Shown in pieces: positions 59,675 to 64,000 of a stretch of 64,000 nt of DNA (position 1 is the stretch's first letter; each line of letters begins with the position of its first letter). This stretch comes from Candidatus Omnitrophota bacterium (lineage in GTDB: Bacteria > Omnitrophota > Omnitrophia > Omnitrophales > Aquincolibacteriaceae). The notes under the pieces are model-generated. The model was not told where the DNA came from. It saw nothing but the letters and a program-made list of their open reading frames with translations, and ran no database searches. A program made the position numbers and the translations under genes. Where the stretch lies: positions 69,183 through 133,182 of the forward strand of contig JAKLFP010000001.1 in the NCBI GenBank assembly GCA_022711115.1, in the 5' to 3' direction.

Positions 59675-60154
59675 ATCCCGCTTGAAATGCCGTTTGGGTC
59701 CACCCTTGCGATGACTCCCAAAAGAAGGTTTGCGGAATGATGGACGATCCTGGGCAGCACCTGGCGCATCGGCTGGATGATCGAAACCAGAACGCCTCTC
59801 CCGGGAAAAATCTCTGTTACCCATAGACCGATCTTCATTGCCGCGCGGTCTGTCAAAAGAACGAGGACGGTCAAAGCTTCTCCCTTGATGAAATCCCCCT
59901 CCGCCACCGCCGTGTCGCGAACCATGAAAAGACCTTTCTTTATTCTGCCAGGAGGGTCGGCCGAAAGACCGTTGGAGCCTTGCGGAATGTTCCCCACCCC
60001 TGAAAGAACCTCCCGCCGAAGAGCGTTCAAGTAAGGTATCTATTTTTTTTTCCAAATAAGACAACTGTTGCTGCATTTTCCTCACTAACCCGATCAGGTC
60101 CAATTCTTCCTGTGGTAACTCTGAAGGAATGTTTTGTTCAAAATCTTCTTTCAT
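59672..60154 (-). CDS. Hypothetical protein with an Arg/Gly/Ser-rich disordered C-terminal region
   Basis: An N-terminal ~50 aa predicted helix followed by RGG/RS/FDRPR low-complexity repeats. No recognisable domain. Confidence 0.35.
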   Translation of the reverse strand: MKEDFEQNIPSELPQEELDLIGLVRKMQQQLSYLEKKIDTLLERSSAGGSFRGGEHSARLQRSFGRPSWQNKERSFHGSRHGGGGGGFHQGRSFDRPRSFDRPRGNEDRSMGNRDFSRERRSGFDHPADAPGAAQDRPSFRKPSFGSHRKGGPKRHFKRD

Positions 60155-60314
60155 CTTGCTCCTTTTGATTCCGTTGTACGGTGGGTTCTTTACTAGATTG
60201 ACTTTTCTCTTGATTGACGGCAGTCAAGACTGCCCCAAACTTTGTTTCGATTGATAAACATGGAAGGGCCAAATAACGAAGTGATTATATACCAGCTCCT
60301 CCCGAAAAAGTTAT

Positions 60315-61241
60315 TTATTCTTTCCTCTCCTCCCAAAGCATTTCTTCGAATGACTGCGGTAAGGGACTGCGGAAAATCATTGGCTGCCCCGACGCAGGAT
60401 GAGCGAATGCGAGATAATAAGCATGGAGCGCGATACCATCGCCCGTAAAACGCGCTTTTGAGCCGTACCGCTCATCTCCTAGGATGGGGTTCCCCATTTC
60501 CGAAAGATGGACACGGATCTGATGTTTGCGCCCTGTTTCCAGTTTAATTTCCAAAAGCGAATATTTTTCGGTCGAATGAAGCACCTGATAGCGGGTCGTG
60601 GAAAGTTTGGCGTCTTCGGGTCTCTTGCTGCTGTAAACATTAAGAAATTTATTTTCACGAAGAAAACTAGTAATGGTCCCCTTTGCCTTTTCAGGCATGC
60701 CCGTCACCACCGCATAATATTTTTTGGTGACTTCGCTCCAGTGGGACTGCAGTTGTTGTTTCGCCTCAAGCGTTTTAGCAAATACAAGCAGACCCGATGC
60801 TTCCCGGTCCAGTCTGTGAACAACAAAAATCTTTTTTTTCCGGAACGCCCGGCCCTGTTCTCTTTGTTCAAGTCTCAAAAAATCCGAATCCCTTTCGCAG
60901 AGGTATTCATTCGTGGCAAAAAAAGCCGTCTTGATTGCTATCTTTTCGGTGGAAATGGTCAGAAGTCCTGCTGGCTTGCGAATGACGATGATCGCGTCAT
61001 CTTCATACATCACCTCAATTCCGAATTGCGGCTTCACCACAGGCTGCGATTCTTTCACAGAACACACCGAAACCTTGTCGCCGGACATCAAAGGATGATC
61101 GAAGCGTGTCACCACTTTATCATTTACCAGAACGGAGCCGAACTTCAAGCATTGGCGGACACGAGTCTTCTTGGTATCAGAAAGTTTTTTAAAAAGGTAT
61201 TCGAGAAGCAGTGCCGGGTCCTTGACCGTAAAAGTTCTCAT
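60315..61241 (-). CDS. RluA-family pseudouridine synthase (RluC/RluD-like)
   Basis: S4-like N-terminus and catalytic HRLDREASGLLVFAK. Confidence 0.85.
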   Translation of the reverse strand: MRTFTVKDPALLLEYLFKKLSDTKKTRVRQCLKFGSVLVNDKVVTRFDHPLMSGDKVSVCSVKESQPVVKPQFGIEVMYEDDAIIVIRKPAGLLTISTEKIAIKTAFFATNEYLCERDSDFLRLEQREQGRAFRKKKIFVVHRLDREASGLLVFAKTLEAKQQLQSHWSEVTKKYYAVVTGMPEKAKGTITSFLRENKFLNVYSSKRPEDAKLSTTRYQVLHSTEKYSLLEIKLETGRKHQIRVHLSEMGNPILGDERYGSKARFTGDGIALHAYYLAFAHPASGQPMIFRSPLPQSFEEMLWEERKE

Positions 61242-61245
61242 GGAT

Positions 61246-61797
61246 TCATGCGGATTGATAACAATTGAAGGAGCTGATTTTTCCCAGAGTTTTCCGATTT
61301 TTCAGAACGAACTTGTCTTCGGCAGGGTAACCCAAGGAAATAACGATGTCGATTTTTTTGTTTACCGGAATCCTTATCTCTTTTTTAAGCGCTTTTTCGT
61401 CAAACCACCCCATCCAGCAACTGCCGATCCCAAGCTCCTGCGCCTGGAGAACCAAATGTTCACAGGCAATCCCGAGATCTACCAAAAAATACCGCGTGTC
61501 ACGAACCTGACCGCCCAAACCGCTTAAAAATCTTCCTTTTTCCGAAACAACGGCTATGAGAACGGGGGCTTCTTTTGCGAATTTGTTCATGGCATAGATT
61601 CCGGAAAAAATTTTATCGCAAATACGCTTTTTTAACTCCGTATCATCAATAACAATAAAATGCCACGGCTGCGAGTTGCAAGCGGACGGTGCAAGCCGCG
61701 CTGCTTCGAGACATTTCATGAGATCTTTCCTGGAAATAGTGCGGGGGGAATACCGCCGTACGCTCCTCCTTTTATTGAATAATTCCATCAATGACAT
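61246..61797 (-). CDS. Nitroreductase-family protein
   Basis: RRSVRRY...APSACNSQPW FMN-binding signature. Confidence 0.8.
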   Translation of the reverse strand: MSLMELFNKRRSVRRYSPRTISRKDLMKCLEAARLAPSACNSQPWHFIVIDDTELKKRICDKIFSGIYAMNKFAKEAPVLIAVVSEKGRFLSGLGGQVRDTRYFLVDLGIACEHLVLQAQELGIGSCWMGWFDEKALKKEIRIPVNKKIDIVISLGYPAEDKFVLKNRKTLGKISSFNCYQSA

Positions 61798-61956
61798 TTC
61801 ATAATCCTTTCAAAAAACTCCCTGTTTTTTACGCATGGACAAGCCGTTTAGATAAAACACCATGCCGCAAGAAACTTGTCCTTCTTTTTGAGGTCTTTAC
61901 TGCTTTGAAAATAAAAAAACACATGCTGTTGAGGATAAAAAGCGTTCCTGAGAAAA

Positions 61957-62442
61957 TTATTTATTCTTTTTCTCTTTGGTCAACTTAACAAGAGTCCAGG
62001 CTTTTTTGATGGCATTATGTTTCAGGAGCATAATATAGAAAAACTGGATCACAGGCATATCTTTCAGTCTCGGATCCGCCTGGAGCTCTTTCAAACTTAC
62101 ATCCATGGCCTTTACCAATCGATGCATGTCACTGATCAAAATAACCGAATTCTCATGAACCTCTATTTCGGTCCTTGCATCTTGCAGAAATCGCATCTTT
62201 AAAAAATCCGTCAATTGATCCCATTCGCTGGCCTTCACTTCATACCCGTTCCAACGGGCTCGTTCAACCGGAAAAAAGTGAATGCCGGAGATGTCTCTTT
62301 TAGAATAATCATATTTCTTTTTTGAAGGTTGAGGAGAAATATCTGATGCTTCCTTTTCTGTCGGATTGGCACAAACGGGGGTTGTCATGGTCAGCCCGAT
62401 AAGCATCAAACTCCATAACCTTAAAACTAATCTCTTTCTCAT
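61957..62442 (-). CDS. Secreted protein of unknown function
   Basis: Signal peptide MRKRLVLRLWSLMLIGLTMTTPVCA. No motif recognised. Confidence 0.4.
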   Translation of the reverse strand: MRKRLVLRLWSLMLIGLTMTTPVCANPTEKEASDISPQPSKKKYDYSKRDISGIHFFPVERARWNGYEVKASEWDQLTDFLKMRFLQDARTEIEVHENSVILISDMHRLVKAMDVSLKELQADPRLKDMPVIQFFYIMLLKHNAIKKAWTLVKLTKEKKNK

Positions 62443-62700
62443 TGTCGCTTTTTTCCCCGAATTGAGACCACTTCAACCGCATAACTCATGGCATAGAAAT
62501 GGTTGACTGAAATTTTAAAATAAAATATCGCATCTTTCCCCTGCCTTGCAAGATCCGCAGTTCTTGACGAGGCCGTCCGGCTGTTTTTTATATTTATCTA
62601 ATTATCGAACGCTTCTTATTTAAAATCAATGGATTCCAATACCCTGGTCAATACACGACTAATCTTTTACTTTATATCCGGTATGCTTATTTCCCATGGA

Positions 62701-63558
62701 TTATTTCAGAGGGCATATCCGATATTTTTTCAGGATCATGTCCGGATCATAGGATGATTTCGCAATCCTCAAGGCAAGTTTTCCGAGATCCTGCTCAAAA
62801 TTCAAATACTCATATTGCCGCGGCAAGATCTTCGCGAATTGATTGAACATATATTGATAAAGCCCCTTGAATTTTCTTTTCCCCTTGGCGAAATGTAAAG
62901 CAAACATGTTTTCATGTATTTCTTCCCCGATGATCAGCCCGGCGGGTTCTTTTTCGACATAATAAATACCGCCACACAGCACCAACTCATCGTAAAGATC
63001 AAAAGCCTCACGGCAAGGATAATAATCCGTATCATTTTTATCTTCTCCCACGTCGACCTGCCACGTTTCAAGAATATCAACCGCATCCGCCATGCGTTCC
63101 CGGGTCAACGGCCTGGCCTCAGGAGTGTAAAGATCGAGAAATTGATTCAGTAAATTCTTTTTTCCATGTAACTTGCGGCCTTTGTAAGTCGAAAGCTTTT
63201 CGATCGTATAGACATAATCCGAATCTCCCTCATCAAACTCGTTTCTGAATTTTTGGCCGCTGAACATTTCGAGATCTTGTTCTGCAACCGGAAAAATAAA
63301 ATCATACTCCTGAACTGCGGTCCATAATCTTTCGACATCGGTTGCCTGAATATCCGTTGTGGGCATCACAAAACGTCTGCCATCATAGGTTCTTCCACTG
63401 ATCAAGATCATGTCACCATCCATCAGAACTTGATGATCATGCACTTCCCGAAAAAGATAAAGATTCGCAAAACTAAATTCGGATAAAAAGGACCGGGTAT
63501 TTTTGAAGCGGTCATAAAGAAGTTTTTTGTGGCTTAGAGATAATTTTTCTATTCGCAT
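62701..63558 (-). CDS. DUF2156-like protein (phosphatidylglycerol lysyltransferase C-terminal-domain-like / GNAT-like fold)
   Basis: About 285 aa. The N-terminal FSFANLYLFRE pattern is characteristic of this family. Weak call. Confidence 0.35.
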   Translation of the reverse strand: MRIEKLSLSHKKLLYDRFKNTRSFLSEFSFANLYLFREVHDHQVLMDGDMILISGRTYDGRRFVMPTTDIQATDVERLWTAVQEYDFIFPVAEQDLEMFSGQKFRNEFDEGDSDYVYTIEKLSTYKGRKLHGKKNLLNQFLDLYTPEARPLTRERMADAVDILETWQVDVGEDKNDTDYYPCREAFDLYDELVLCGGIYYVEKEPAGLIIGEEIHENMFALHFAKGKRKFKGLYQYMFNQFAKILPRQYEYLNFEQDLGKLALRIAKSSYDPDMILKKYRICPLK

Positions 63559-63592
63559 GTTTCACTCCTTTTATCTCAAACCAGCATGGATA

Positions 63593-64000
63593 CTATGAAG
63601 CCGCGTTCCAACGAAAAATATACGCGGACAAAGGCGCAAGATGAAGGTCCATTGAAAAAGGCCTGTGCTGCCAATAGATCCCTTCGGCATGCATCCCTCC
63701 TTGATTTCCTAAACCACATCCCCCATAGTCAAAAGCCTGGCTGTTGAAAACCTCCTGATAATAGCCCGGCCTAGGCACGCCGATGCGATAATGATCTCGA
63801 ATCACGGGCGTCATATTGAACACAAAAACAAGGAGCTGCCTTCTGTCTCGCGACCACCGAACAAAACTGAAAACTGATGTATCGGCATCCGAATGATCGA
63901 TCCATTCAAAAAGGTCTCCGGCACAATCGCTTTCGTAAAAAGCCGGATTCTCCCGGTACAAACGGTGAAGATCTCTCAATACAAAATTGACCCGGCGATG
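63593..64000 (-). CDS. glgB: 1,4-alpha-glucan branching enzyme, C-terminal fragment (the gene continues past the window edge)
   Basis: The C-terminal all-beta domain of GH13 branching enzymes (RENPAFYE...VFVFNMTPV...GVPRPGYYQEVFNSQA...PLSAYIFRW). The frame is open to position 64000. Confidence 0.6.
   Translation of the reverse strand, partial: HRRVNFVLRDLHRLYRENPAFYESDCAGDLFEWIDHSDADTSVFSFVRWSRDRRQLLVFVFNMTPVIRDHYRIGVPRPGYYQEVFNSQAFDYGGCGLGNQGGMHAEGIYWQHRPFSMDLHLAPLSAYIFRWNAAS

Noticed and set aside
62443-62700. A 258-bp intergenic gap, considered as a possible small RNA or pseudogene remnant.
   Set aside because: It has only a weak GC-poor hairpin (GGCCGTCCGGC) with a T-run. There is no conserved ncRNA signature and no degraded ORF, so it is most likely promoter and terminator space for the flanking divergently oriented genes.
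1-64000. A mobile element, prophage or genomic island, which could explain the dispersed repeats.
   Set aside because: There is no transposase, integrase, phage structural gene or tRNA gene anywhere in the window. Coding density and composition look uniform.

Overview
This window is a gene-dense bacterial chromosomal segment of about 60 coding genes. It carries no rRNA, tRNA, CRISPR array, transposase, integrase or phage genes, and most genes are anaerobe-style housekeeping. The most prominent block is a contiguous 11-subunit complex-I operon, nuoABCD-I-H-JKLMN at 49.2-59.6 kb. It lacks nuoEFG and has the nuoI/nuoH order swapped. Isoprenoid, menaquinone and thiamin genes are present (ispH, ispG, an MqnC/MqnE-like radical SAM enzyme, thiC), along with queD, a PFK-family phosphofructokinase, era, trxA, nth, greA, htpX, panE and a glgB fragment at the right edge. 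Six loci look non-standard.
1. An envelope-sensing cluster: a CHASE2-domain class III nucleotidyl cyclase (4037-6265) sits convergent to an operon of two secreted FecR-domain paralogs plus an outer-membrane protein with a TPR region and a beta-barrel (Slam/DUF560-like architecture).
2. An RNA-repair operon, rtcB plus archease, is fused to a PAS histidine kinase and a single-domain receiver instead of the usual sigma54 activator RtcR.
3. A CoaE-like kinase is fused to a dCMP deaminase and translationally coupled into an operon with a VOC protein, ispH, queD and an AddB-like helicase-nuclease that has no adjacent AddA.
4. A fused siroheme-decarboxylase-like double Lrp/AsnC protein lies upstream of thiC, out of any heme-synthesis context.
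5. Two unrelated dispersed palindromic repeat families occur, both at gene 3' ends. One is the module GTGACAGTCAC-N5-GTGACTGTCAC at three loci, including the nuoN terminator. The other is an 81-bp unit with a 9-bp stem that carries a compensatory base-pair change between copies.
6. Near-consensus sigma70 -10 boxes sit 6-8 nt upstream of three start codons, implying leaderless transcripts.
All functional calls come from reading motifs in the translations by eye. No database search was possible, and gene starts were refined by hand from ATGA overlaps and internal Met positions.
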